Shown piece by piece: positions 19,538 through 31,082 of a DNA stretch of 64,000 nucleotides. Positions within the stretch are counted from its first letter, which is position 1. Every line of letters starts with the position of its first letter. The stretch lies in the IMG/VR virus record IMGVR_UViG_3300028048_002585; one strand, written 5' to 3'. The notes beneath the pieces are model-generated. The model saw only the letters and a list, made by a program, of their open reading frames with translations. It had not been told where the DNA came from and did not search any database. A program made the translations under genes and the position numbers. The stretch comes from an uncultured virus (IMG/VR IMGVR_UViG_3300028048_002585) (taxonomy: Duplodnaviria; Heunggongvirae; Uroviricota; Caudoviricetes).

Positions 19538-20071
19538 CTATCTATTTTTTTTAGCTTTTTCTATTACTTCCTGAGTCGGAAGAACGACACCTGCGTCTTT
19601 CATATCTTCTATGACTCCGTCCAATAGTCGTGAAAATTCTTTGGAATCGTATGTTGAAGAACCATAAAAGCACAGAACTTCGTAAAATACCTTTCCATCC
19701 AGAGATGTCCTCTCTCCTACTTTCTTTGTATCTCTCCATAGGTTTTTAAGGTCATCATATCCATCTGCTCCCACGAGTATGCATGTATATTTGCCATAGC
19801 GCTCCAACTCTATAAGATACTGATCCCAATTGTCATTATTGAGCGCTGCAGCGAGCAGATTGATACACTTCCAGAGGAGGTTATTTGCCTCATTTGATCT
19901 TTTGGAGCGGAGCTCTTTGACCTCTATCTTAAGGTTTTTATTATAGTAATGATTGTAGAACTCGCAGAGGGTCCTTTCATCCTGACCGATATTAAGGGTA
20001 ACGAGATTGTCGCCATCCTTTGTTTTTTCTGTTTTAAAGGGGTTGCTGGCTATTTTTGCTGCTAATTCCAT
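19538..20071 (-). CDS. NinB-like phage recombination protein
   Basis: KRSNEANNLLW...GSSTYDSKEFSRLLDGV pattern. Confidence 0.6.
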   Translation of the reverse strand: MELAAKIASNPFKTEKTKDGDNLVTLNIGQDERTLCEFYNHYYNKNLKIEVKELRSKRSNEANNLLWKCINLLAAALNNDNWDQYLIELERYGKYTCILVGADGYDDLKNLWRDTKKVGERTSLDGKVFYEVLCFYGSSTYDSKEFSRLLDGVIEDMKDAGVVLPTQEVIEKAKKNR

Positions 20072-20072
20072 A

Positions 20073-20711
20073 CTATTTGTCCTTTATATTTTTCTTGATG
20101 ACGTCAACATCCTTGACAGATAGCTCGTCACAAATCAGCTCAATGTATCCGCATAGACTGTGCATAATGCGGGATTTTACTCTCAGCCACAGTCCGTTAT
20201 ACGTCATGACGTCACCCGCAATTGGGATTGTCACGCATGGCTGTGTAACCCTTATCGTTATAGCGTCTTCTGTGACTGTTATAACGTCCGTCATTTCTGT
20301 AGTTTCCGGGTCATAAACTTTTCTTGTCATTTCGAGAGGTTTGGGGATAACGATATACATGTTATACATGCTATACATGTTAGAAGCGTTCATATTTTCA
20401 TCTGTATCATGATCATTTACGTACTTTTCCCACGTAGAATATGTGTACTCTTTGTAGCCTGATATCGTTGGTGATGGATCATCTTTGTGCTTTACAACAC
20501 CGTTATGTTCTAATGAGCGTAAGGTTTTTAAATCGTAGATGATATACTTTAATTTAGCTTTGCAAAATGGACATTCTGTAAAAATCTCGCTCATGACTTC
20601 TTTCTGAAACAGCGGGCCCTGACAATTGCTGCATTCGAGCCAATCGTCGTGGAACGGGTCTTCCGTCGGTCTGATGAAAAATTCGCCTTTGTAAGTTAGT
20701 CCTTTGACCAT
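20073..20711 (-). CDS. hypothetical protein with N-terminal zinc ribbon
   Basis: CSNC...CPFC; AAGGAGG RBS. Confidence 0.75.
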   Translation of the reverse strand: MVKGLTYKGEFFIRPTEDPFHDDWLECSNCQGPLFQKEVMSEIFTECPFCKAKLKYIIYDLKTLRSLEHNGVVKHKDDPSPTISGYKEYTYSTWEKYVNDHDTDENMNASNMYSMYNMYIVIPKPLEMTRKVYDPETTEMTDVITVTEDAITIRVTQPCVTIPIAGDVMTYNGLWLRVKSRIMHSLCGYIELICDELSVKDVDVIKKNIKDK

Positions 20712-20950
20712 GGGCGCCTCCTTATAATTCTATCTCTTCTTTATTCAGTATGAATCTTACAGGTAATGTATCCTGAAATACGGTTACTCCTCTTTCCGGA
20801 AAGAGCCTCTGCATGTTCTTTACCATATCGCTGATATTATCTGCCTTCTTAACACTCGCGCTGTATCGGTACTCCGCATTCTTTACGGATGTTTTCGTGA
20901 TTTCCCCTGGTATGTTTTCTTTGTCGATCACTTTTATAAAATACATATAG

Positions 20951-21319
20951 TTACCTCTCTTTCTCATTTGCCCATTTAAGATCCTTGGCGCAAACAACTG
21001 TAAGGTACGAAAGAAGATATTTATGCATTCCGGCTGCGTCATCAATAGGCTGACTGCATCTTCTTTTCTGTGTTTTATGCAGAAGGAGCGCTACCTTATT
21101 CTTAGCTGCTTCCTCAATGCCATATCCCTCGCTTAGCTGGCCTGCACCGATAAGATCAAGGGCACCTATTATGGCTGCCAAAGGAACTTTCGTATTGTGT
21201 TCATTTTCGTATTTTGCTACAATGTCCGTAATGGAATCATGCATCTCGGATGCAATAGCTTTGATAAGCTCTTCTGACTGCTGCAGATACTTGTCTGCTG
21301 ACTTCTTGTTAAATGGCAT
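20951..21319 (-). CDS. hypothetical protein
   Basis: GGAG RBS, overlap with upstream gene. Confidence 0.65.
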   Translation of the reverse strand: MPFNKKSADKYLQQSEELIKAIASEMHDSITDIVAKYENEHNTKVPLAAIIGALDLIGAGQLSEGYGIEEAAKNKVALLLHKTQKRRCSQPIDDAAGMHKYLLSYLTVVCAKDLKWANEKER

Positions 21320-21659
21320 CGTTTCTCTCCTCTTCTGCCGTATCCAGTGGCTTCCATGCTTTTATAATGATTTTCCTGTCTTTATCTTTCTGATATATGA
21401 TTGAATTTCCATTTTTGTCTCGTGATGTATGCACGCAGGTTATGCCTGCCGCAAACATATCATCGATATTGCCGGCAGGATGGCTCGGAATAAAGATACG
21501 CCAATATCCGTTCCCTTCCATATAGCCGGTAGTAACGTATTCCAGCTCTCCATCTTCATGGCATTGGAAATCCTTATCATATGCCATACTAAATGGTTCT
21601 CTGATCAGGAGCTGTACCGGTTCGTTTTTGCCAGCTTCTTCAATGTTTGTGTTCCACAT
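21309..21659 (-). CDS. DUF551-like phage protein
   Basis: N-terminal W, C-terminal IIKAWKPL. Confidence 0.55.
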   Translation of the reverse strand: MWNTNIEEAGKNEPVQLLIREPFSMAYDKDFQCHEDGELEYVTTGYMEGNGYWRIFIPSHPAGNIDDMFAAGITCVHTSRDKNGNSIIYQKDKDRKIIIKAWKPLDTAEEERNDAI

Positions 21660-21663
21660 GTGA

Positions 21664-22254
21664 TTATTCCTTTCCCGCTCTCAGCATACAGAACAGCAGT
21701 TCTACTTGTGATCTGGTTCTATAGCTATCATGTCTGTTGCCTACGTTTGAAGCGACCAGCCTCCACCTTCCTTCATTTTCTAGTGGCGTGGGATCGTCAA
21801 ACTCATCTATCATTTCTATCTTTCTATATCCGGACTTATGATTACTGTCTTTTATATAGTAATCGGGCAAGGCTATAAGTATATCCCAGTATACGCATCT
21901 GCCATTGGCTTCTATAATGTAATCACTCAGTTTTCCGCTCTGAATGTCAGGCAGGAGTGTCTTGTAGCAGTCCATAGTGGTTACTATATAGTTTTTTTCG
22001 CCTATAAAGTTCAGACCATTGCCGGAGTATACATCTGCTTTGCAGGATTTTATTTCATAGCAGGTAAAGTATCCGTTTTCTATGTCTGAAGTAAAGATAG
22101 CTCCGTTCGGAGTGTACTGCATATAGTCAACTCTTATCGGGTGAGATGTTCCGTAATCGAGAGTAACTTCTTTTGCCCAGTATTTCCCCGCGCCGGAGAA
22201 TCTGTCAATAATAAGTATATCTGATAGCTTTTTGGTGATCTCTTTTCTGTTCAT
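21664..22254 (-). CDS. PD-(D/E)xK nuclease-like (MmcB-like) phage protein
   Basis: EVTL...RVDY...CYEIKSCKADVYSGNGLNFIGEKNY. Confidence 0.65.
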   Translation of the reverse strand: MNRKEITKKLSDILIIDRFSGAGKYWAKEVTLDYGTSHPIRVDYMQYTPNGAIFTSDIENGYFTCYEIKSCKADVYSGNGLNFIGEKNYIVTTMDCYKTLLPDIQSGKLSDYIIEANGRCVYWDILIALPDYYIKDSNHKSGYRKIEMIDEFDDPTPLENEGRWRLVASNVGNRHDSYRTRSQVELLFCMLRAGKE

Positions 22255-22260
22255 ATCGTA

Positions 22261-25200
22261 TTATCCCTGTTCAAGATAAGCCTCTAAAACCGACTTGACT
22301 ATTATAACTGCAATCCATATGACTATGCCTATTCGGGCTTTTTTCCTGTGTATACTTGGACCGTCCGTATCTTCTTTGAAGCTGACCGTCATATGGAAAG
22401 AGCTATATATGATGATTATTGCGTAAAGTACATAAAATATGATTTTAATCATTATATTCATTGCAGAGTTCCTTTTCTATTCACTGGTTTTCTTCCGGAA
22501 GATGTATTGTCATCCAGAAATACTTGCTTACTCTATATGTATAAGCTTCTATATATGGTATTTCACCGTTTTTAAGATCATATTGGATATATTTGACAGG
22601 GTAAAGATTTGTTTTAGCGCTCTCTGTAGCATTTTCTTCAAAACTATAACATGAAGTGGTGCATAATATCTTGGAGTTATTATCTTTGAATTCATAATCT
22701 TTGATAGGGATGATATGTAGCTCATCAGCACTCCATTTTTTATCGATCATGTAGGCCACAATAAAGAATATAATGGTTATAATAATTGTCATAAACAATC
22801 CGCATATCATTAATCGTGACTTTGGAGTAAACATACGGGGAGCATATCCGATATATATCAAATTAAGAATCGCTGAAAGAATAAAAGCTCTAAACATAAA
22901 ATTTGATAAACGATTCTTTGATATAATTTTATTCAAAAATTCTTGTATTTCATCATTGTCTATCTTTATGTTGTTTTTGTTTGATATATGTATGATCTGT
23001 GCCTTATCGTCTGCCGTAGTAGGCAGATAATACTCTTGATATTCACTCATTTATTATTTTTAGCTCCAAAACTTTTCATTATTTACATAGCCTTATCTAT
23101 TTTTTAAACTTGTATATTGAAAATAGTATTCTTTAGCATTTGTATCAGATACTGTGATAGTCATATCCGGTTCTTCTTTTGCCTTTCCTGCTGATACTTT
23201 CTTTAACTTAAATTTATACATTCCCTTAAGCATATGATTAACAAATGTATATGCTGCTTTTGCAGGATTTTTTTCTTCGATCTGTTCACCTTCTGATGTT
23301 GATTTGCAGTAAAATATTGCCATTTTCATTCCTTCTTATTTATCTTGATTAGCATCTTCAAATTTCATTTTTGCTTCTTCGTATTCTTTCTTACTGATCC
23401 GTACTGGACTAGCTGTATTATCCCATTTAAAGTATACTGTGCCTTTATCACCTTGAAAGTAAGATATCTGAGATCCGTTTATATTGAGTTCAAAATGCGT
23501 TCCTTGCTTCATATTTTTTTGTATCCTGTATAATAATTTTGATAAATCTTATAAATAACAAAACCGTGAATGCAAAAATGCATTTTATGATCATATTGTC
23601 AGTTTTCACTTTGATTTTTCGAGCCTGTTTTAATTGCTCGGCATCCTTTGGGTTTCCGCAGATGTAAACTCTGCAAGATATGGTCTTTGTAATCGGATCA
23701 TATAATATCCCATCTACATAGTCACTATTAATGGAACCATCTTCATTAACATCAATTTTTATCTCATAGGTGGCAATTTTATTGTTTGATGATTTATCTA
23801 TCAGATCCGAATTCATTATGTATGATTTTCCGGGTAATAGGTTATCGTATCTTCTTGTAGTTCCTATAGGAAGGTTTTTAACATTTTCGTGACGTATTAT
23901 AATACTTGTTAATACAGTTAGACTTAAAAGGACTACCGTTGTCCAATACAAACAGTTTATTGCTCTATTAAGCTTTTTAAACCACTTGTTTATTTTGATT
24001 TTTCTCATTTCTTTTGTCATATGTTATCTCCTTTTGCAGGATAATATTTGCATCCGCAATTAAAGCAATGCTTATATTCCATACAATGCTCTTTTCTATT
24101 TTTTCATCCTTCATTTATTAAATCTAAAAAAACATTTTTATCAGTGTATCAGGTGCATAGGCAAGAGTATCTTTTATAAAAGAAATACATAATTTAGTAA
24201 TATAAGACTTTGTTTCAGTTCCATCTATCTCAGTATACTCAGGATCAGGAATAAAATTATCATTATAGAGTATTTTACCCTTATTGTTTTTAATATCTAT
24301 ATGAAAACCTAGTCCACCGTTTTGATAGATATAGTTCATTTCAAGGATATAACCACATTTTAAAACCTTTGATATAGGCTTTTTAGATAAAGCATGAAGT
24401 ATATCTGCTTGAAAATCGAGGTCTTCTTGTTCAAAAAACTTCAACTGTTTCTTTGTTAAATCTGATTTCTGCATATTTTTTCTCCTAAACTTATAAATGT
24501 TTCACCAAAAAAGGCTGGCTGATGGGGATTCCTCAAGGGTACACATCATTTAAGCAGCTCCCAACCTCTGCACCAACTTGTATTATTTAGATTTGATATA
24601 CTTGGCAAATGTTCTAGCACTTGTCTCTGTCAGCTTTCTTTTTCTATTTGCTATTCTTCACTCTGTAACCTTGTTTGAACCAGATATTCTTTTTCTTTTC
24701 TCTGAATCTTATCAAGATGAACAAGCATAATATTAAAGTCCTGTAAGAGGTCTGCATAATATTCCCTCGTCATTAAAGATGCGATTCCTGTTTTTTTATG
24801 CTACTTTTGGCTTCCAATAATAGAGTTTTTAATCTGTTTTCAAAAAATAATTCTATTTCTTGGCTGTTATCGGGCAAATCGTCTAAGAAAGAAAATGGAT
24901 AATCAGTGTGATAACTTATCAAGTAGTTATGAGCAAAGACTTTCATCAATATGATTCTATGTTCCCATTCTTCTTTGGGTAAATTTTTTAGGCATTCTGG
25001 ATCACTGTCGGATAATGATGTTGCCGGCGAATATAATGATATTCCACACTTCCATCCGTCTAAATCATAATCCATCAACACGCCCAAACCCATTCCATGG
25101 AAAACGTCTGTCATTTTTACGACTTTGGATATATTTTCTTTGGTAAGTGCCTGTTCTACATTTATATGATGTCCTAGCCAATCAAACCAATATATATCAT

Positions 25201-28086
25201 CAATAATTTTATGTGTATTATGTTTAGTGGTATCCATGCGTGCGACCCTTTCCCGAATGTACATATTACTTTATCAGTAATATTTAACCTATTTTATCTC
25301 TACCACCCGAATGATTCATATGATTCTCTAATTAATTGTATTAATTGAAAGAAATGTTCTACAAAGATGTGATAAATGTCCAGCTATTTCATTTAATCTT
25401 CTTCTGGACTTGCATTGGCTCCGAGCCTTTCATAGAAAATCTTTTCTATTTCTCTTTTCTATTTCATTAGCAGCAGCTTCTACACCTTCACCTTCAGACA
25501 TTTTTCCCAAATTGTAGGTGATTTGTTTTAGCATGACATAGCATAAACATCCATTAATATCAAAAATATTAGGTGTCCACCCTCCCTTACTATATTCCTC
25601 TACTGTATCAGAAATAGCGTTTTATACGGCATTTTTAACTTCTTCATCCCCCATCAGGGCTACATGTTTTTGTTACGTTCTGGTTGCTTATTTTTCTTTC
25701 TCAGAAAAACCCAATAATATTTTTCTTTTTCCTCTTGAGGTATTTTTATATAGTTTGTGAATCGTTTCAAGAAAATGACAAAGGTGGCCATAAATATGAT
25801 TCCTGATATGATTGATGACAATAAATTTCTGTTAATGAATAAATAATAGATAGTTACACTACAAAAAAATGATGCAAAAAATCCCCATTGTGTCCATCCC
25901 ATATACCATCCTGACACTATCGGGTTTGAGTACATCAATCCCTGAAAATACGCAACAAGACATGTAATGCTTATTACAAAGATTATCGACATAATTATAT
26001 ATATAATAATATTATTCATATTCATCATTTCTAATCTGCCTTAATTCTTTTCTATAAAACTTACATCTCCGGTAATACTTAACAATACGGATCTTTTTAT
26101 TACATACAAACCTTCCTCAGTATTGATAAAGAAATAATCTTTGCTTATTGCACTTTTTACTTCTTCATCCCCCATCAGGGCCACCTGCTCGGCTTTATAT
26201 CCCGCTCCCATAAGGAACATTCGGAGTAGTTTAGTGTCCTGCATCATTTCAGGTGTAAGCTGTCCGTGTTCTGTGATGAACTGTTTAGTGATCGTATTCT
26301 TACTCTTTTTCCTTCGTGGCTTATCTTCAGCCTTTCTTTGCCTCTTTTTTGATTCAGTCTGAACTTCTGAGTCTTCTGTCTTTATCTCGGTTTTTGATTC
26401 AGATTCTTCTTCAGGTGCATTCATAATATCTTCCATATTAACCTGATCAGCCTTCAACTCTTCTGCTTTATTATCATTAAAAGCTTCACCCAGTCTTTCA
26501 AGAGCTTTAGGACTGATAATCGTATCAGAATCTTTACTATTCCAGTCGATATATTTATTGTAAAATTCTCTATCTTTATTGATTTCGGTCATGAACTGTT
26601 CTTTTGTTATCCCGTAAGAATCGAGGTATACCGATAATGATACTACTGTTCTCATAAATTATCTCCTTATATTATTCCTCAGAATTTATTTTATCTATTT
26701 CTAAAGGTATAGCTCGTTCATAATGTACTTCTGAAGACACTACTATTTCCTTATGCTTTAATTTTTGATATGTATGTATATTACTGATAAGAGCAATGAT
26801 AGATATTATTAAAGCAAGTATATTACAAATTAATAACACCTTCTTAGTTTTACTCAAAGAGCTATAATAATTTTTTATTTTATTCATTTTTTATCTCCTT
26901 TGGAACACATACATATTCGATAAATATGTCGTCATTGTAAAGAATGTTAACTTTATAAAAGTCATGTTCTGTTTTTGGATCTCCGCTCGTGGTCTCTACA
27001 ACTTCGTCATTTATACAGATTACGTCTTTTACATACGCATCTTCGTAACCAGGATAATTCCATTCTTCCCCAATGGTAGGTAATGAATCTACTTCTATGT
27101 ACTTTCTTTCCTTTCCGTAGGTGCCTTTTATAATTGTATTTATTTTATTCATATCTTTTACCTTTATCTTTCTTTATATTCTTTCCTGTTCCATGCCTGT
27201 TTTGCTTCGTACATATGTCGGAACATTTTTGTCATTTTCCCACAAACTTTACATTTTACGAAGTATTCATGGCAGCTCCGGAACATTTCGGTTGGCTTCT
27301 TGTTACAGCATTTGTCTAAAGGGATTTTTCTTTCAAAGTCTAATTCTATTGAATAACGGCAAATCTCATCCGTTATTCCCATATAATTAGGCTTACCATA
27401 AAATTTATATTTTTCTGATCTTTTGTCTTTCATAAAGTTCCTTTTTTATGTTTAATTATCAGGTAAAAGTAATTTGGATCCTAGAAGAAATATCGCTAAA
27501 ACTCCGAAAAACAATACTATATGATGTGATTCTGTAGGGCTCTTTTCTGATAAAACTACAATTTTATCGTTATCGTTGTAAGTTCTTTTATAATCATTTA
27601 TAGGAATAGTCTTTGGATCTACGGCGTTTCCATCAAGATACCAAGTGTATTCATTCATTGCTTGCTCAAAATGAGCCTCTGACTTTTCAGCCTCCGCCTG
27701 AATTTTGGGCAGTCCAATATGTGCCACCATCAGCATTGCGCATCCTGCTATCAGACTTAAGGGACCGGTTATACGTCGATGATTGTTTATATTATCTTTA
27801 TCTATAAACATCATGAGTGTTAAAATAAATCCCGTTATGATACCTAAGATTCCGACAACGTATCCTGCAACTCGCATTAAAACTATCATATTCATATTCA
27901 ATAGCTCCTCTTTTTTTTACAAATTCTGCCACCTTACAGTTCCGTAATCTAACAGGAACATAAGTGATTCCATCTTTTTAAATATTCTTGTCACTTTTTT
28001 TCCTCTTTTTGCAAAATAACCCCATCCCACACTGAACAAAGCAATGTCATCATCGTAGTTTTTTACATATTCTACTTTATTACTGC
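22261..28086 (-). other. Very AT-rich run of small hypothetical and membrane-protein genes (22261-22461, 22481-23050, 23093-23329, 23490-24020, 24124-24474, 24773-25264, 25660-26028, 26041-26655, 26672-26887, 26880-27152, 27452-27901) with decayed fragments around 25270-25650
   Basis: Co-oriented ORFs with RBSs; several have 1-3 TM segments. Confidence 0.7.
27164..27433 (-). CDS. Lar-like (restriction alleviation) zinc-binding protein
   Basis: KCC...YFVKCKVCG...EAKQAWNR pattern. Confidence 0.55.
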   Translation of the reverse strand: MKDKRSEKYKFYGKPNYMGITDEICRYSIELDFERKIPLDKCCNKKPTEMFRSCHEYFVKCKVCGKMTKMFRHMYEAKQAWNRKEYKER

Positions 28087-28410
28087 TCATATATTGCTCC
28101 CTCCATTTATAAATTCCCTCAGTTCTTCTATATCTTTAAATAATCCGTCGCAGAGGTTTCTTATCTTTTCTCTTCGATATTCATTCCTGCTTATCAGTGG
28201 TTTAAATAATATGACATTTCCATCTATCTTCAACTTTTCAACGAAGCCTTTCGTGGTCAGATTATTGAGCGTATTATTTACATCATTTCTTATTATTTTT
28301 TTATAAGATTTAATGTATTCCTGACGCACTTCCGCTACAGTGGCTGATGGAAAAGCTGTTTTATAAAGACATATAAGTATTTCTTCCTCTTGATTAGTCA
28401 GCTTGTTCAT
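28087..28410 (-). CDS. BlaI/MecI/CopY family winged-helix repressor
   Basis: LTNQEEEILICLY...ATVAEV...NTLNNLTTKGFV...FKPLISRNEY. Confidence 0.8.
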   Translation of the reverse strand: MNKLTNQEEEILICLYKTAFPSATVAEVRQEYIKSYKKIIRNDVNNTLNNLTTKGFVEKLKIDGNVILFKPLISRNEYRREKIRNLCDGLFKDIEELREFINGGSNI

Positions 28411-28430
28411 TTGTCATCCTTTATAATATT

Positions 28431-28459
28431 ATTGTAATTTATATTGACGTATATAACAA
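28431..28459 (-). promoter_or_regulatory. sigmaA-type promoter with class B operator upstream of the BlaI-like gene
   Basis: TTGTTA-TATACGTCAATATAAAT-TACAAT. Confidence 0.75.
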
Positions 28460-28466
28460 TATTAAT

Positions 28467-28970
28467 TTATTGATTATTGTAAAATCTAAAAACGTCTATT
28501 CCCATGATTACATCATAAAGACCTACTCCCAAAAGATATGGAATAAGGCTGAATGACGGAATTTTTATGAGCTCTGTGAAGATTATGATAAGCGCTATAT
28601 TTGCCATGACTGCATATCTTATCTTTTTACGTCTTGCTGCATAGATAAGGAGAAGTATCGTGAATATCATTATGAACAGAGATTGAATGACACTTTTGCC
28701 GGAAATGATATCTATTATTGCCACAACGGGCCATGAACTGAGCATGAATATAAATGATTTGTTCATCATGTTTGTGTTCTTTTTATCTATTGGACTATCG
28801 CAGTAACGCTTACGTTCTTTATTTCGGGTAAAAGCTTTTTTTATTGTTCCACCGATAGTATACTCTTCATCACTTATGCGAAGTCCTTTACTTCTGTCAT
28901 CTTTCTTTATAATCTGCAGTGCGATTTTTGCGCCTGCTAATATGGTGGCTATCATTATAATCAGGATCAT
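28467..28970 (-). CDS. membrane protein
   Basis: Multiple TM segments; overlaps upstream stop. Confidence 0.75.
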   Translation of the reverse strand: MILIIMIATILAGAKIALQIIKKDDRSKGLRISDEEYTIGGTIKKAFTRNKERKRYCDSPIDKKNTNMMNKSFIFMLSSWPVVAIIDIISGKSVIQSLFIMIFTILLLIYAARRKKIRYAVMANIALIIIFTELIKIPSFSLIPYLLGVGLYDVIMGIDVFRFYNNQ

Positions 28971-29740
28971 CGTTCTTTTTCCTCGTTATATCTCGGGTCT
29001 TTGTCTTTCCATTCTTTGAGGAGTGCAGGATTCATGATCCATACGTCATAGGTTTTCTCGTCCACTACACATACTGCGGACACGTTATTGATGTCCCACT
29101 TCTCTCCTGTGAATATATTGCTGTATAGTGGAGCCTTACCTGTAAGAGTCATATCTTCTATCTCCTGTATCTGGGCTCTCGTGACAAAGACTATCATTTC
29201 ATTTGTTTCTTCGTAGTATTTGGCATTTGGGAAGTACGGATATTTATTTCCATATCTTTCATGTGTCATTTCCGTGAGCTTTGGGTTTTTCTTCCTTACT
29301 GCTTCTGAAAATGCTCTCATATCGAGTTTTTCTGGTCTTATCCCCTCAAGCGTCAGGTCTTTTGAAAAAAGTACAGCTCCCCCGTCGTTCCGTTCTGTGA
29401 CATATCTTCCGCTTTCTGTGTTTATGACAGAAGGTCGTGCAAGCAGTTCGTTCTGCTGATCGCTCAGTATGAAGTCTCTGCCGTATTCTTTCAGTACGAT
29501 CTCGCCGTTTCGCTGCATAAATACGTTTTTCATGACCGGTTCTTTTAGTTCCAGATCTCCGGTGATCTCCTGCATAGTATCGATATCAATTTCCGGAGGG
29601 GAATCAAAATCCGATGTATATACATACGCAAGATAGGATTTTCCCAGATTCTCATCATGCAGAATTACATAGGCTTCGTCATAAGCAGGCGACCCTGACA
29701 TTCCGTATTCTTGGGGATCGTAAATGGTAAATTCTCTCAC
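28967..29740 (-). CDS. hypothetical protein (ends EEKER)
   Basis: GTG start after AAGGA; class A promoter core at 29777-29788. Confidence 0.8.
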   Translation of the reverse strand: MREFTIYDPQEYGMSGSPAYDEAYVILHDENLGKSYLAYVYTSDFDSPPEIDIDTMQEITGDLELKEPVMKNVFMQRNGEIVLKEYGRDFILSDQQNELLARPSVINTESGRYVTERNDGGAVLFSKDLTLEGIRPEKLDMRAFSEAVRKKNPKLTEMTHERYGNKYPYFPNAKYYEETNEMIVFVTRAQIQEIEDMTLTGKAPLYSNIFTGEKWDINNVSAVCVVDEKTYDVWIMNPALLKEWKDKDPRYNEEKER

Positions 29741-29855
29741 GGCGGTCCTTCCTTTCTAAAGTTTATTTCCTATATATATTATGTATAAATCTGAGATAAA
29801 AATAAAAAAAGAGAGCCGATGTTTGACGACTCTCAATTTTTTTTATTTAGTTTTT

Positions 29856-30314
29856 TTACTTAAATGGAAGATCATTCTCGATGCCCGCAGGAATGTCAAT
29901 GAATCCGCCTTCCGGTGCGCTCTGACCAACAGGTGTATTACCAGCAGGAGCTGTATTCTCTCCACTATTGCCACTTGAAGAGTTCTTGCTTTCCGCGAAT
30001 TCCTGCTCCTCAACAACTACATCAGTGGTATATACCTTCTGACCATCCTTGTTAGTAAATGATCCGGTCTGAATTCGGCCTGTAATGGCAATCTTTGTTC
30101 CCTGCTTCAGGTACTTATCGGCAAATTCACCCTGCTTGCCGAATGCAACACAGCTTATGAAATCGGCTGTCTGCTCGTTTCCATCTTTCTTTGCAAATCG
30201 TCTGTCTACAGCAAGGGTATATCTTGCTATTGCCATCTGCTCACCATTCTGTGACTGGGAATATCTCATTTCTGGATCTCTTGTGAGTCTTCCCATTAAA
30301 ATAACTTTATTCAT
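29856..30314 (-). CDS. ssb: single-stranded DNA-binding protein
   Basis: MNKVILMGRLTRDPE...ADFISCVAFGK...DLPF tail. Confidence 0.97.
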   Translation of the reverse strand: MNKVILMGRLTRDPEMRYSQSQNGEQMAIARYTLAVDRRFAKKDGNEQTADFISCVAFGKQGEFADKYLKQGTKIAITGRIQTGSFTNKDGQKVYTTDVVVEEQEFAESKNSSSGNSGENTAPAGNTPVGQSAPEGGFIDIPAGIENDLPFK

Positions 30315-30356
30315 ATTTATTCCTTTCCGCCCCTTTCTGGGGCTAACAAAAATATA

Positions 30357-30701
30357 TTAACTTGCTATGCCCCGGAGCTTCCGGGCTGTGATTGCTGACA
30401 GCTTGCTTTCATGTACAGGCCGTCTGTTTCTCTGAAGATTTGCCAATCTCCTTTTTTCTTCGGAAAGAAGATAGTCAAATGCCATCATCAGAGCCTCATG
30501 TTTATCCGGCTGCCAGTCATATGTACGCTCATATATCTCGCATATACGTTCGTACTCTTCGTCGCGTGCTTTAGCGACAATATGAAGCTCTCTGTGAAGT
30601 TCCTCTCTTGAGAGTTTCCTTCTTTCTGCGTCGTTTGATGCAAATCCGAAAGACACAAGTATTTGACGTGCCTTCTCTCTAATTGACTGCTTCTTTTCCA
30701 T
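30357..30701 (-). CDS. hypothetical protein
   Basis: Start moved to 30701 after GGAGG. Confidence 0.7.
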   Translation of the reverse strand: MEKKQSIREKARQILVSFGFASNDAERRKLSREELHRELHIVAKARDEEYERICEIYERTYDWQPDKHEALMMAFDYLLSEEKRRLANLQRNRRPVHESKLSAITARKLRGIAS

Positions 30702-30843
30702 ATGCGTCCTCCTTTCCGTGTTCAACGGAGAAGAATACGGACTGACGCTTCTTGAGAAGCTTCTGCTGCTTTGCCTTATCAGGCTCAAGCAATGTACCTT
30801 CCTCATCTCTGATCCGATACAACCTTTGAATGATATTTTCCAT
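30679..30843 (-). CDS. small hypothetical protein
   Basis: ATG 30843 after AAGGAGG; first gene of the ssb operon. Confidence 0.6.
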   Translation of the reverse strand: MENIIQRLYRIRDEEGTLLEPDKAKQQKLLKKRQSVFFSVEHGKEDAYGKEAVN

Positions 30844-30864
30844 ATTTGGTTCCTCCTTTCTATG

Positions 30865-30986
30865 TGTCAATAATTTCACTCATATTATGTATAAAATTTA
30901 TCTTCACAAAAAAAGAGGATCCTGATAATGGCAACATTTATTACTTTCATTACATTTATTATAATACATATTGACGTATATATCAA
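30865..30986 (-). promoter_or_regulatory. Tandem class B promoter (TTGATA-17-TATAAT, 30958-30986) and class A promoter (core 30883-30894) for the ssb operon
   Basis: Both motifs read directly. Confidence 0.75.
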
Positions 30987-31031
30987 TAATATATTTGCTG
31001 TATCATAGTCTAAAAGCCTTATTTTTCGGGC

Positions 31032-31063
31032 TTTTTTGAGCAATGTCTATTTTATACATAATA
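31032..31063 (+). promoter_or_regulatory. Class A promoter of the relaxase (only plus-strand copy)
   Basis: T6-14 nt-TTATACATAATA, orientation follows the gene. Confidence 0.75.
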
Positions 31064-31082
31064 TATTAAAGAGGTGATTTCA

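Noticed and set aside
30900..31080. oriT upstream of the MobV relaxase
   Set aside because: No recognisable pMV158-type nick-site inverted repeat; the region is explained by promoters and a hairpin.
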